Shown piece by piece: positions 24,817 through 33,287 of a DNA stretch of 64,000 bases. The stretch lies in assembly GCA_964464285.1 (NCBI GenBank), contig CAYXFL010000001.1, forward strand, positions 46,897-110,896, in the 5' to 3' direction. The notes beneath the pieces were generated by a model. That model made no database searches and was not told where the DNA came from. It saw only the letters and a program-made list of their open reading frames with translations. This stretch comes from an uncultured Conexibacteraceae bacterium (lineage in GTDB: Bacteria; Actinomycetota; Thermoleophilia; Solirubrobacterales; 70-9). How positions within the stretch are numbered: the stretch's first letter is position 1; each line of letters starts with the position of its first letter. The position numbers were made by a program, and so were the translations under genes.

Positions 24817-25781
24817 GCCCCGGCCGTCCTCGCCCCGAGCCAGCGCCGCGCCCGTCCCGGGTCGCCCTCGCGGCGCAGGCGGCGGCGCTCGCCGAGCAGC
24901 CGCGGCAGCCAGCGCAGCCCTTCCAGCTTGCCGCGGGCGGTGGCGCGGAAGCGGCGCTCGGTGGCCGCCCTCGCCAGCGCCCCGACCTCGACCGCGGCGA
25001 TCCGCGGCAGCGCCGACGCCGGCATGAACTTGGCCTGGGTGGCGAGCCGGTTGCGGGCGACGAGCCGCGCGTTCTCCGCCCCGGGGCGCTCGAACCCGGC
25101 CTGCCAGGAGGCGTTGCCGACATGCCAGACGACCGCCTCGGGCACGTAGGCGAAGCGCCAGCCGGCGATCCGCGCCCGCACGTTCAGGTCGACGTCCTCA
25201 TAGAAGGAGACGTAGCGCTCGTCGTAGCCGCCGAGCGGGGCGGCGAACAGCTCGCGGCGCAGCAGGCAGGCGGCGCCGCAGACGCCGAAGACCTCGTGCT
25301 CGCGCAGGTGCCCGGGGGCGAGCGGCTCCCCCGCCCCCTCCTCGAGCGCCCGGCCGTCGGCGCTGAGCGCCTGGCCGACGCTGTAGACGCGGGCCGCGTC
25401 CGGGTCGCGCCGCTCCCCCTCGAGCTGCAGGATGCGCGGCTGCGCGCCGCCCAGCTTCGGGTCGGCGGCGAGCGCCGCCGCGAGCGCCGCCACGCAGCCC
25501 GGCTCCAGCGCGGTGTCGACGTTCAGCACCAGCACCGCCGGCGCCTTCACCCGCGCCGCGCCGAGGTTGACGGCGGCGGCGAAGCCGCGGTTCTCCGCCA
25601 GCCGCAGGCACTGGATCCCGCGCTCCTCCACGTACTCCGCCGAGCCGTCGGTCGAGCCGTTGTCGACGACCAGCAGCTCCAGCTCGCCGCCCTGGCCGGC
25701 GAGCGAGTCGAGGCAACGCGGCAGCAGCTCGACCGAGTTCCAGCTCGGGATCACAACCGCGACGGAGGGAGACGAGCTCAT
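24813..25781 (-). CDS. GT2 glycosyltransferase
   Basis: VAVVIPSWNS, LLVVDNGSTDGS, NRGFAAAVN, VLNVDT and FYEDVDLNVR. Start at MSSSPS (25781). Confidence 0.85.
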   Translation of the reverse strand: MSSSPSVAVVIPSWNSVELLPRCLDSLAGQGGELELLVVDNGSTDGSAEYVEERGIQCLRLAENRGFAAAVNLGAARVKAPAVLVLNVDTALEPGCVAALAAALAADPKLGGAQPRILQLEGERRDPDAARVYSVGQALSADGRALEEGAGEPLAPGHLREHEVFGVCGAACLLRRELFAAPLGGYDERYVSFYEDVDLNVRARIAGWRFAYVPEAVVWHVGNASWQAGFERPGAENARLVARNRLATQAKFMPASALPRIAAVEVGALARAATERRFRATARGKLEGLRWLPRLLGERRRLRREGDPGRARRWLGARTAGA

Positions 25782-25846
25782 CGGGTGCAAGCCTGACAGG
25801 TAAACCGCCGCTCGCCCCACCCGAATCTGAAGGTAGCCTCCACCCC

Positions 25847-26734
25847 GTGAGCACCGTGGAAAAGTCCGGCAAGGGGCCGGCGACCCAGCTCGACCCCCTG
25901 CCGATCTACATGAACGCCCGCGCGGTCTTCGCCGACTGCTACCTGCTCGGCGAAGGACTGGAGATCGGCCCCCTGCACCAGCCGCTGGCGATCCCGGCCC
26001 ACGCCAAGGCCAGCTACGTCGACCGGATGACGGTGCCGGACCTGCGCCGCGAGTACCCCGAGCTGACCGACTGGAACCTGACCGAGGTGGACATCGTCGA
26101 CGACGGCGAGACGCTGGCGACGATCGCGCCGGAGAGCCAGGACTTCATCGTCGCCAACCACTTCCTCGAGCACACCGAGAACCCGATCGGGACGATCGAG
26201 ACGCACCTCGGCAAGCTGAAGCCCGGCGGCGTCCTCTTCTACGCGGTCCCCGACAAGCGCTTCACCTTCGACTTCCGGCGCCCGGTCACCCCGCTCGAGC
26301 ACATGGTCGCCGACTACGAGCAGGGGCCGGCCGCCTCGCGCGCCGGGCACTACGAGGAATGGTGCCGCTACGTGGTCGAAGAGGGCGGCCTGCGCAGCTC
26401 CGACGAGGAGCCCCCGGAGGAGTGGATCGCCGCGCACGCGAAGGCGCTCGACGAGGACTCCTACTCGATCCACATGCACGTCTGGACGCAGGCCGAGTTC
26501 ATGCGCCTGATCCTGGAGCTCCGCGACCGGCTCGACGAAGCCTTTGACGTCGAGGCGGCGGCGCGGGTGGGGATCGAGTTCATCGTCGTCCTGCGCAAGC
26601 GCGGGCCGCTGCCGGTGCCCGGCAACGCTCCACCACCGCCGCCGCGCTGGCGGGTGCTCGCCTCGCGCGCCAAGCACGGTCTGCTGAAGGCGCGGAACGA
26701 GCTGCGCCGGCGGAGGCGACCATCGGCGCCGTGA
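25847..26734 (+). CDS. class I SAM-dependent methyltransferase
   Basis: GLEIGP..., FIVANHFLEHTENP and LKPGGVLFYAVPD. Its stop overlaps the wzt GTG start (GTGA). Confidence 0.7.
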   Translation: MSTVEKSGKGPATQLDPLPIYMNARAVFADCYLLGEGLEIGPLHQPLAIPAHAKASYVDRMTVPDLRREYPELTDWNLTEVDIVDDGETLATIAPESQDFIVANHFLEHTENPIGTIETHLGKLKPGGVLFYAVPDKRFTFDFRRPVTPLEHMVADYEQGPAASRAGHYEEWCRYVVEEGGLRSSDEEPPEEWIAAHAKALDEDSYSIHMHVWTQAEFMRLILELRDRLDEAFDVEAAARVGIEFIVVLRKRGPLPVPGNAPPPPPRWRVLASRAKHGLLKARNELRRRRRPSAP

Positions 26735-27966
26735 CCGGCCCGGGCGCCGACGCGCCGCTGGCGATCGAAGCGCGCGGCCTCGAGAAGACGTTCCACATCC
26801 CGACCCACCGGGTCGACTCGCTGAAGGAGCGCATCGCCCACCCGTTCGCACAGCAGGACGTGCGGGTGCTGCGGGTGCTCGACGACGTCTCCTTCGACAT
26901 CCACCAGGGGGAGTTCTTCGGGATCGTCGGCCGCAACGGCTCGGGCAAGAGCACGCTGCTGAAGCTGCTCGCCAGCATCTACCGGGCCGACGCCGGGACA
27001 ATCCGGATGGCCGGCCGCCTGGCGCCCTTCATCGAGCTCGGGGTCGGCTTCAACCTCGACCTCACCGCGCGCGAAAACGTCGTCCTCAACGGGGTGATGA
27101 TGGGCCTGACGCCACAGGAGACGCGGGCGCGCCTCGACGGCGTGATCGAGTTCGCCGAGCTCGAGGACTTCGCCGACCTGAAGCTGAAGAACTACTCCTC
27201 GGGAATGCTGGTCCGGCTCGCCTTCTCGGCGATGCTGCAGGTCGACGCCGACGTGCTGCTGATCGACGAGGTGCTGGCGGTCGGCGACGCCGCCTTCCAG
27301 CAGAAGTGCGCTGACGCCTTCCGCGAGATGAAAGAGGCCGGCAAGACGATCGTCCTGGTCACCCACGAGATGTCGACGGTGGAGACCTACTGCCACCGGG
27401 CGATGCTGATCGACGGCGGTCGGATCCGCCAGATCGGCGACCCCGGGGAGATCGGCCGCGAGTACCTGCAGCTGAACTTCGAACGCGGCAGCCCCGAGGA
27501 CCACGCCACGGCGCTCGGCGGCAGCGAGGAAGTGCGGCTGCTCGAGGCCTGGATCGAGGATGCGCAGGGCGAGCGGGTGGAGAACCTCGAACACGGCGTG
27601 CGCTTCCGCCTGCGGGCGCGTCTGGAGGTGCTGCGCGACAGTCCCGGCGTCGGCATCGCCTTCAGCGTGACGAACGCCGACGGGGTCCCCGTCTTCGAGC
27701 TCGCCGCCCCGGTCGTCGACGGCGTGCGAGCGCACCCGCCGCGGGTCGGCGAGGAGCTCGAGGTCAACGCCGAGATCGAGAACCTGCTCAACCCGGGCCG
27801 CTACTTCGTCCACGTCGGGGTCAACCGGGCCGAGCCGCAGCCCGGCGTGGCCCTCTACGTCCACAACGCGCTCGACTTCGTCGTCTTCGGCACCGGGGGC
27901 GCCGGCGGCATGGTGACGCTGCCGCACGAGATCAAGGCCTGGGCGCAGGACGGGGGGTCGCGATGA
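26731..27966 (+). CDS. wzt: polysaccharide ABC exporter ATPase (Wzt/TagH-type) with C-terminal beta-rich extension (Wzt_C-like)
   Basis: Walker A GRNGSGKST, signature YSSGMLVRLAF, Walker B LLIDEVLAVGD. About 160 extra C-terminal residues. Confidence 0.9.
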   Translation: MTGPGADAPLAIEARGLEKTFHIPTHRVDSLKERIAHPFAQQDVRVLRVLDDVSFDIHQGEFFGIVGRNGSGKSTLLKLLASIYRADAGTIRMAGRLAPFIELGVGFNLDLTARENVVLNGVMMGLTPQETRARLDGVIEFAELEDFADLKLKNYSSGMLVRLAFSAMLQVDADVLLIDEVLAVGDAAFQQKCADAFREMKEAGKTIVLVTHEMSTVETYCHRAMLIDGGRIRQIGDPGEIGREYLQLNFERGSPEDHATALGGSEEVRLLEAWIEDAQGERVENLEHGVRFRLRARLEVLRDSPGVGIAFSVTNADGVPVFELAAPVVDGVRAHPPRVGEELEVNAEIENLLNPGRYFVHVGVNRAEPQPGVALYVHNALDFVVFGTGGAGGMVTLPHEIKAWAQDGGSR

Positions 27967-28817
27967 GCGAGCCGCCACGACCGATCGGACCGCTGCGCGA
28001 GGTGACCGGGCCGTCGGCGCTCGGCGGCGGCACCCAGCGCTTCTTCAGCCTGCTCTGGCTGCTCGGGGTGACCGAGTTCAAGCGCACCTACTTCGGCACC
28101 GTGCTCGGCTACATCTGGTCGCTGATCCGGCCGCTGGCGCTGTTCGGAGTGCTGCTCTTCGTCTTCACCAAAGTCTTCAAAATCGGCGCCGAGCTGCACA
28201 ACTACCCGGTCATCCTGCTGCTCGGGATCGTCCTCTACACGCTCTTTCAGGAAGCGACGCAGAACGCGGTCACCTCGGTCGTCCAGCAGGAGGCGATCGT
28301 CCGCAAGACCCAGTTCCCGCGCCTCGCGATCCCGCTCTCGACCGTGCTCACCAGCTGCTTCAACTTCGGGCTCAACCTGGTCATCGTCCTGGCCTTCATC
28401 CTCGCCTGGGGCGTCGACCCGACCTGGACCTGGCTGCTCTTCCCGTTCGCGGTCCTGGCGCTCGGGACGCTCACCTGCGCGATGAGCATGATCCTCTCGG
28501 TCCTCTACGTGCGCTTCCGCGACATCGCGATCATCTGGGTCGTGCTCGCGCAGGTGCTCTTCTACGCGACCCCGGTCCTCTACCCGATCGAGTTCCTCAA
28601 GGACGAAACGATCGAACGCATCCTGATGCTGAACCCCCTGGCGGTGATCTTCCAGCAGGTGCGCGTCTGGGTGATCGAACCAAGCGCCCCGACCGCCACC
28701 GAAGTGACCGGGGGCGGCATCTACCTGCTGCCGGCCGCGCTGATCTTCGTCGCCATCTGCATCTACGCGGTCTGGGTCTTCAGACGCGAGGCACCGCGGA
28801 TCGCCGAGGACATCTAG
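27963..28817 (+). CDS. wzm: ABC-2 type polysaccharide exporter permease (Wzm/TagG-type)
   Basis: Six hydrophobic segments, ABC-2 family appearance, ATGA overlap with wzt. Confidence 0.88.
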   Translation: MSEPPRPIGPLREVTGPSALGGGTQRFFSLLWLLGVTEFKRTYFGTVLGYIWSLIRPLALFGVLLFVFTKVFKIGAELHNYPVILLLGIVLYTLFQEATQNAVTSVVQQEAIVRKTQFPRLAIPLSTVLTSCFNFGLNLVIVLAFILAWGVDPTWTWLLFPFAVLALGTLTCAMSMILSVLYVRFRDIAIIWVVLAQVLFYATPVLYPIEFLKDETIERILMLNPLAVIFQQVRVWVIEPSAPTATEVTGGGIYLLPAALIFVAICIYAVWVFRREAPRIAEDI

Positions 28818-28856
28818 CGCGGTCGCCGCGGGACGGGGGTGCTTCGAGGGCTCTTT

Positions 28857-28906
28857 CGCGCTCGCGACATTGAGGCCCCCAGAGGGGCCCTAATGTCGCG
28901 AGCGCG
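28857..28906. repeat. imperfect 23-bp-stem hairpin sharing a CGACATTGA core with the 912/1812 elements; likely bidirectional terminator
   Basis: CGCGCTCGCGACATTGAGGCCCC - CAGA - GGGGCCCTAATGTCGCGAGCGCG, with two mismatched positions. It lies between convergent stops at 28817 and 28940. Confidence 0.75.
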
Positions 28907-28939
28907 ATTTGGGACGCCCTCTCCCCGGCCTCGGACGGC

Positions 28940-30595
28940 CTAGCCGCCCGGCGGGCAGACGTGGGCGGGTTGGGTGGCGTCGAGTCGCAGGCGCCAGGGG
29001 CGCTGGACGGAGTCGCGGGGGATGCGGAGGACGGTCACCGCGCCGCCCGGGAGGTCGGCGAGCTCGACCGGGCGGGCGCCATTGCCGAAGCGGTACAGCT
29101 CGAGGGTGGCGTCGGGTCCTGGGGTCAGCTCGATCCGGGTGAGGCCGGGAGCCAGCGCCAGCTCGGTGCCGGCGCCTGGGGCGAATGGGACGCAGGCGCT
29201 GGAGGCGCCGGCCGCGCCCGCGCGCGGGCGGGTCGCGGCCGTGATCGGCAGCGCCGCGGCAAGCGTCTCGTCGGCCCAGCGGCGGGCCCGGGGGCCGGCC
29301 GCGGCGACCTCGGCCGGCGAGTAGGCCGGCGATCCGTACTCGTCGGCGGCGCTCAGGTAGGGACCGGCGAAGACGTTGATCAAGGTCGGGGTACCGGTGA
29401 TTTCCGGGTTCATCTGCAGGACCGGATCGACGGCCCGGCGGGCGATCTCCACCGCCCCGAGGTCGGCGCGGGTCAGTTCCGCCTGCCGCTTCAGGATGCG
29501 GTTCCCGGCTTCCAGCTCGGTGACGTTGATCGCGACCGCGAGCGCGGTCAAGAGCGCCGCCAAGGCCAGGGCCGGGCGGCTGAGGCGAACGCCCTGGAAC
29601 ACGTTCGCGAGGATCAGCAGCACGAAGATTGCGCCGGCGTAGAGGTAGCGGCTGGCGGTCGGCGAGCGGCCGGCGACGTCGTTGAACGCGGTCAGGAACC
29701 AGCTCGAGCCGGCGATCGCGAGCACCGGCCAGAGGCCCGGGTGAAGACGCGGCCCGCGCCAGACGCGGTAGGCGATCGCGAGGCAGAGGAAGACCGCGAC
29801 GAGCCGGTCCCAGAGCAGGCCCTCGACCTGGTTGAACGGGTTGCCGCGGAACTGGAACACGGCCCCCGCGGCGGCGGCGACCTCGTCGGCGACGAAGCGC
29901 GGCGAGCTCAGCACGTTGCCGGCGGTCATGTTCGAGCCGGCGTCGGCCCCCCAGCCGAAGTACCAGACCGCGAACAGGGCGACGGGGACGCCGACCACGT
30001 AGGCGCGGCGCAGCCAGGCCTCCCGCGGCCCGACCAGGATCGCCACCGCCCCGCCGAGCAGGAAGGGCAGCCCGAGGCTGGAGAAGCCGAGGCCGAGGGT
30101 GAGCAGGAGACAGGCGGCGAGGTCGCCCCAGCGGTCTTCGCGTTCCAGCGCCAGCAGCGCCGCCAGGCCGCAGAGGACGGGGCCGACGAAGGTGATCTCG
30201 AACGGCCACAGCAGCACCTCCCAGGCCGGCCCGAGGGTGAGCACGACGATCGCCGCGAAGAGCGCCAGCCAGGGCCCGACGCGGCGCTTGACGTAGACGT
30301 AGAGCACCGCCGAGGTGGCGAGGAGGAAGATCCCGAGGAGCACGTATTCGGGCATCGCCGAGCTCATCCCGAAGAGCCGCAGGATCACCTGCTCGAAGAG
30401 CACCGGGAAGAGGATCAGGTGCTCGTTGTGCGGCTGCAGGAAGGCGTCGAGCGAAGGGTCGCGCCGGTTCATCAGCAGCGCCCAGGTGTCCGCGTAGAAG
30501 GTCAGCTTCGAGGCCCACGCCAGGGTCACGGCGAGCACCGTGAGCTGGGCCGCGACGAGGAGCAGAACCGGCGCGTTTCGGGCGATCCTCTCCAC
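28940..30595 (-). CDS. polytopic membrane protein with C-terminal extracytoplasmic domain (GT-C-like candidate)
   Basis: This is the C-terminal 551 aa of the 908-aa track ORF. GTG start at 30595 (VERIARNAPVLLLV...). About 11 TM segments followed by a soluble tail of roughly 150 aa. Confidence 0.6.
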   Translation of the reverse strand: MERIARNAPVLLLVAAQLTVLAVTLAWASKLTFYADTWALLMNRRDPSLDAFLQPHNEHLILFPVLFEQVILRLFGMSSAMPEYVLLGIFLLATSAVLYVYVKRRVGPWLALFAAIVVLTLGPAWEVLLWPFEITFVGPVLCGLAALLALEREDRWGDLAACLLLTLGLGFSSLGLPFLLGGAVAILVGPREAWLRRAYVVGVPVALFAVWYFGWGADAGSNMTAGNVLSSPRFVADEVAAAAGAVFQFRGNPFNQVEGLLWDRLVAVFLCLAIAYRVWRGPRLHPGLWPVLAIAGSSWFLTAFNDVAGRSPTASRYLYAGAIFVLLILANVFQGVRLSRPALALAALLTALAVAINVTELEAGNRILKRQAELTRADLGAVEIARRAVDPVLQMNPEITGTPTLINVFAGPYLSAADEYGSPAYSPAEVAAAGPRARRWADETLAAALPITAATRPRAGAAGASSACVPFAPGAGTELALAPGLTRIELTPGPDATLELYRFGNGARPVELADLPGGAVTVLRIPRDSVQRPWRLRLDATQPAHVCPPGG

Positions 30596-30652
30596 GGGGG
30601 GCCGGAAGTGTACCGCCGGTCCGGAGGGGGTTCCTGAGTACACTGCGCCCCG

Positions 30653-31633
30653 ATGGCCGAACAGGCAACCTCGACCGAGGCCGCCCGCCAGGAGCCCTCG
30701 GCGCCCGAGTACGGCGCCAGCTACTTCGCCAACTACTGGGGCGGCGGCGGACCCTATGAGCGCAACGAGCGCTGGCTTGAGTTCTTCGGCAAAGTCGCCG
30801 AGGGCCTGGTCCGCGACCTGCACCCGTCGAGCGTGCTCGACGCCGGCTGCGCGATGGGCTTCCTGGTCGAGGAGCTGCGCAAGCGCGGCGTCGACGCGAG
30901 CGGCGTCGACGTCTCCGAGTACGCGATCTCCGCGGCCCACGAGTCGGTCGCCGAGCACGTCCGGGTCGGCTCGCTGAGCGAGCCGCTGGGCCGGCGCTAC
31001 GACCTGATCGTCTGCATCGAGGTGCTCGAGCACGTCCCCGCGGCCGAGATCGACCGGGTGCTCGACAACCTCGGCGTCGCCAGCGACCGGCTGGTGATCT
31101 CCACCACCCCGGGCGACTTCGGCGAGGCCACCCACCTCAACGTGCAGCCGCCCGAGTACTGGTCGGCGAAGCTGGCCGAGCGCGGCTTCGCCCGCGACCT
31201 CGACCGCGACCTCAGCTACGTCTCCCCCTGGGCGGCGCTCTACGTGCGCGAGGACGAGGCGAACGTGCTGGAGACGGTGCGCCGCTACGACCGCAGCTGG
31301 TGGCGACTGCGCAGCGAGGCGAGCGAGGTGCGCAAGGCGCTGCTCGCCTCCCAGCAGAAGATCGCCGAGCTGGAAGCGAGCCCGGCGCCCGAGCCGCAGG
31401 CCGAGCTGAGAGCCGAGCTCGAGAACAGCAACGAGGAAGTCCTCCGCCTGCGCGACCTGCTGATCGCCAAGGAGATCGAACTCGGCGCCGCCAGGGGCAA
31501 GGTGGCCGAGCTCGAAGACCGCTGGGAACGGATCGTCGGGGTCAAATCGAACTTCGAATCGAAAGTCCCCCTGCTCGGGACCATGCTGCGGCTGCTGCGA
31601 TGGCCGCTGCGGCTGCTGCGGGGACGGCGCTAG
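30653..31633 (+). CDS. SAM-dependent methyltransferase fused to a C-terminal coiled coil (WbdD-like architecture)
   Basis: VLDAGCAMGFLV (motif I) and DLIVCIEVLEHV. From about residue 215 the sequence is heptad-rich: WWRLRSEASEVRKALLASQQKIAELE...LRLRDLLIAKEIELGAARGKVAELE. Confidence 0.75.
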   Translation: MAEQATSTEAARQEPSAPEYGASYFANYWGGGGPYERNERWLEFFGKVAEGLVRDLHPSSVLDAGCAMGFLVEELRKRGVDASGVDVSEYAISAAHESVAEHVRVGSLSEPLGRRYDLIVCIEVLEHVPAAEIDRVLDNLGVASDRLVISTTPGDFGEATHLNVQPPEYWSAKLAERGFARDLDRDLSYVSPWAALYVREDEANVLETVRRYDRSWWRLRSEASEVRKALLASQQKIAELEASPAPEPQAELRAELENSNEEVLRLRDLLIAKEIELGAARGKVAELEDRWERIVGVKSNFESKVPLLGTMLRLLRWPLRLLRGRR

Positions 31634-31637
31634 CGCC

Positions 31638-33287
31638 GTGGCGGCGCCCCGCTTCTCGATCCTCACCCCCGTCTACGAAACCCCGGCGGGCGTGCTGGGC
31701 AAGATGATCTCCTCGGTGCGGCGCCAGAGCGACGGCGACTGGGAGCTCTGCCTGGTCGACGACGGCTCGGCCGAGCCGCACGTGCGCGCCCTGCTCGACG
31801 AGGCCGCCGCCAAGGACGCGCGCATCCACGTCGCCTACCGCGAGCAGAACGCCGGCATCGTCGCCGCCTCCAACGACGCGCTGGCGATGGCCCGGGGCGA
31901 GTTCGTCGCCCTGCTCGACCACGACGACATGCTGCACCCCGACGCGCTCGCCCACGTCGCCGAGGCGATCGACTCCCGCCCCGCCGTCGACTACGTCTAC
32001 ACCGACGAGGACAAGATCGACCTCGGCGGCCGCCACTCCCAGCCCTTCTTCAAGCCCGACTGGTCGCCGGAGCGGATGCGCACGCAGATGTACACCTGCC
32101 ACTTCAGCGTCCTGCGCCGCGAGCTGGTCGAGCAGGTCGGCGGCTTCGATCCCGACTACGAGGGGTCGCAGGACTGGGACCTGGTCCTGAAGGTGACCGA
32201 GCGGGCGCGCGAAGTCGTGCACGTGCCGCGCGTCCTCTACCACTGGCGGATGATCGCGACCTCGGCGGCGAGCGGCGGCGAGGCGGTCAAGCCGTACGCC
32301 TTCGAAGCCGGCGCCCGCGCGGTGCAGGCGCACTGCGAGCGGATCGGGCTGCCGGCGCTGGTCGAGCGCGACCCCGAGGACTCCGGCGTCCTGCACCTGC
32401 GCCCGCGGCTGCGCGAGCAGCCCGCGGTCAGCATCGTGATCCCGACCGCGGGGCAGGTCCGCGACGTCCGCTTCAAGCCGACCGTGCTGGCGGTCAACTG
32501 CGTGCGCAGCATCGTCGAGCGCTCCAGCTACGAGAACTACGAGGTCGTCTGCGTGGTCGACGACCTGGTCAGCGCGGCGGTGCGCGAGGAGCTGCTCGCG
32601 GTCGGCGGCGAGCGGATCCGGCTGGTCGAGTTCGAGGGACCGTTCGACTTCTCGGCGAAGATCAACCTCGGCGCCGTGCGCAGCGCGGGCGAGCACCTGC
32701 TGCTGCTCAACGACGACATCGAGGTGATCGAGCCCGACTGGCTGGAGCGGCTGGTGATGTACAGCGCCCACGAGGGGATCGGCGCGGTCGGCGGCCGCCT
32801 GCTGTTCGGCGACGGCCGGCTCCAGCACGTCGGGATCGGGTTCGACGACGGGCTGCCCGGCCACACCTACCGCCTCTTCCACGGCGAGTTCCGCGGCTAC
32901 GCCAACCACGTCTGGATCGCCCGCGACTGCCTCGCCGTGACCGGCGCCTGCCTGATGACCCCGCGCGCGGTCTTCGAGGAGGTCGGCGGGCTCTCGCGCG
33001 AGCTCCCGGTCAACTTCAACGACGTCGACTACTGCCTCAAGGTCTGGGCCTCCGGGCGGCGCATCGTCTACGACCCCGACCTCGTCCTCTTCCACTTCGA
33101 GTCGGCGACCCGCGACCCGGTCGTGCAGGCCTGGGAGAAGGAAATGCTGGTCGACCGCTGGGGGTCGATGGTCGCGACCGACCCCTACAACAACCCGAAC
33201 CTCAAACGGGGGCGGCCGCGGATCTCGTCGTTCGCGAGCTGGGCGCGTCGCCGGACTCCCCGTCTGCGTCAGCTGCTTCCGGCCTAG
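31638..33287 (+). CDS. dual-domain GT2 glycosyltransferase
   Basis: There are two GT-A modules. The first has FSILTPVYE.., LVDDGS, LLDHDD and EGSQDWDL. The second has VSIVIPT..., LLLNDDIEV and NFNDVDYCLK. Confidence 0.85.
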   Translation: MAAPRFSILTPVYETPAGVLGKMISSVRRQSDGDWELCLVDDGSAEPHVRALLDEAAAKDARIHVAYREQNAGIVAASNDALAMARGEFVALLDHDDMLHPDALAHVAEAIDSRPAVDYVYTDEDKIDLGGRHSQPFFKPDWSPERMRTQMYTCHFSVLRRELVEQVGGFDPDYEGSQDWDLVLKVTERAREVVHVPRVLYHWRMIATSAASGGEAVKPYAFEAGARAVQAHCERIGLPALVERDPEDSGVLHLRPRLREQPAVSIVIPTAGQVRDVRFKPTVLAVNCVRSIVERSSYENYEVVCVVDDLVSAAVREELLAVGGERIRLVEFEGPFDFSAKINLGAVRSAGEHLLLLNDDIEVIEPDWLERLVMYSAHEGIGAVGGRLLFGDGRLQHVGIGFDDGLPGHTYRLFHGEFRGYANHVWIARDCLAVTGACLMTPRAVFEEVGGLSRELPVNFNDVDYCLKVWASGRRIVYDPDLVLFHFESATRDPVVQAWEKEMLVDRWGSMVATDPYNNPNLKRGRPRISSFASWARRRTPRLRQLLPA

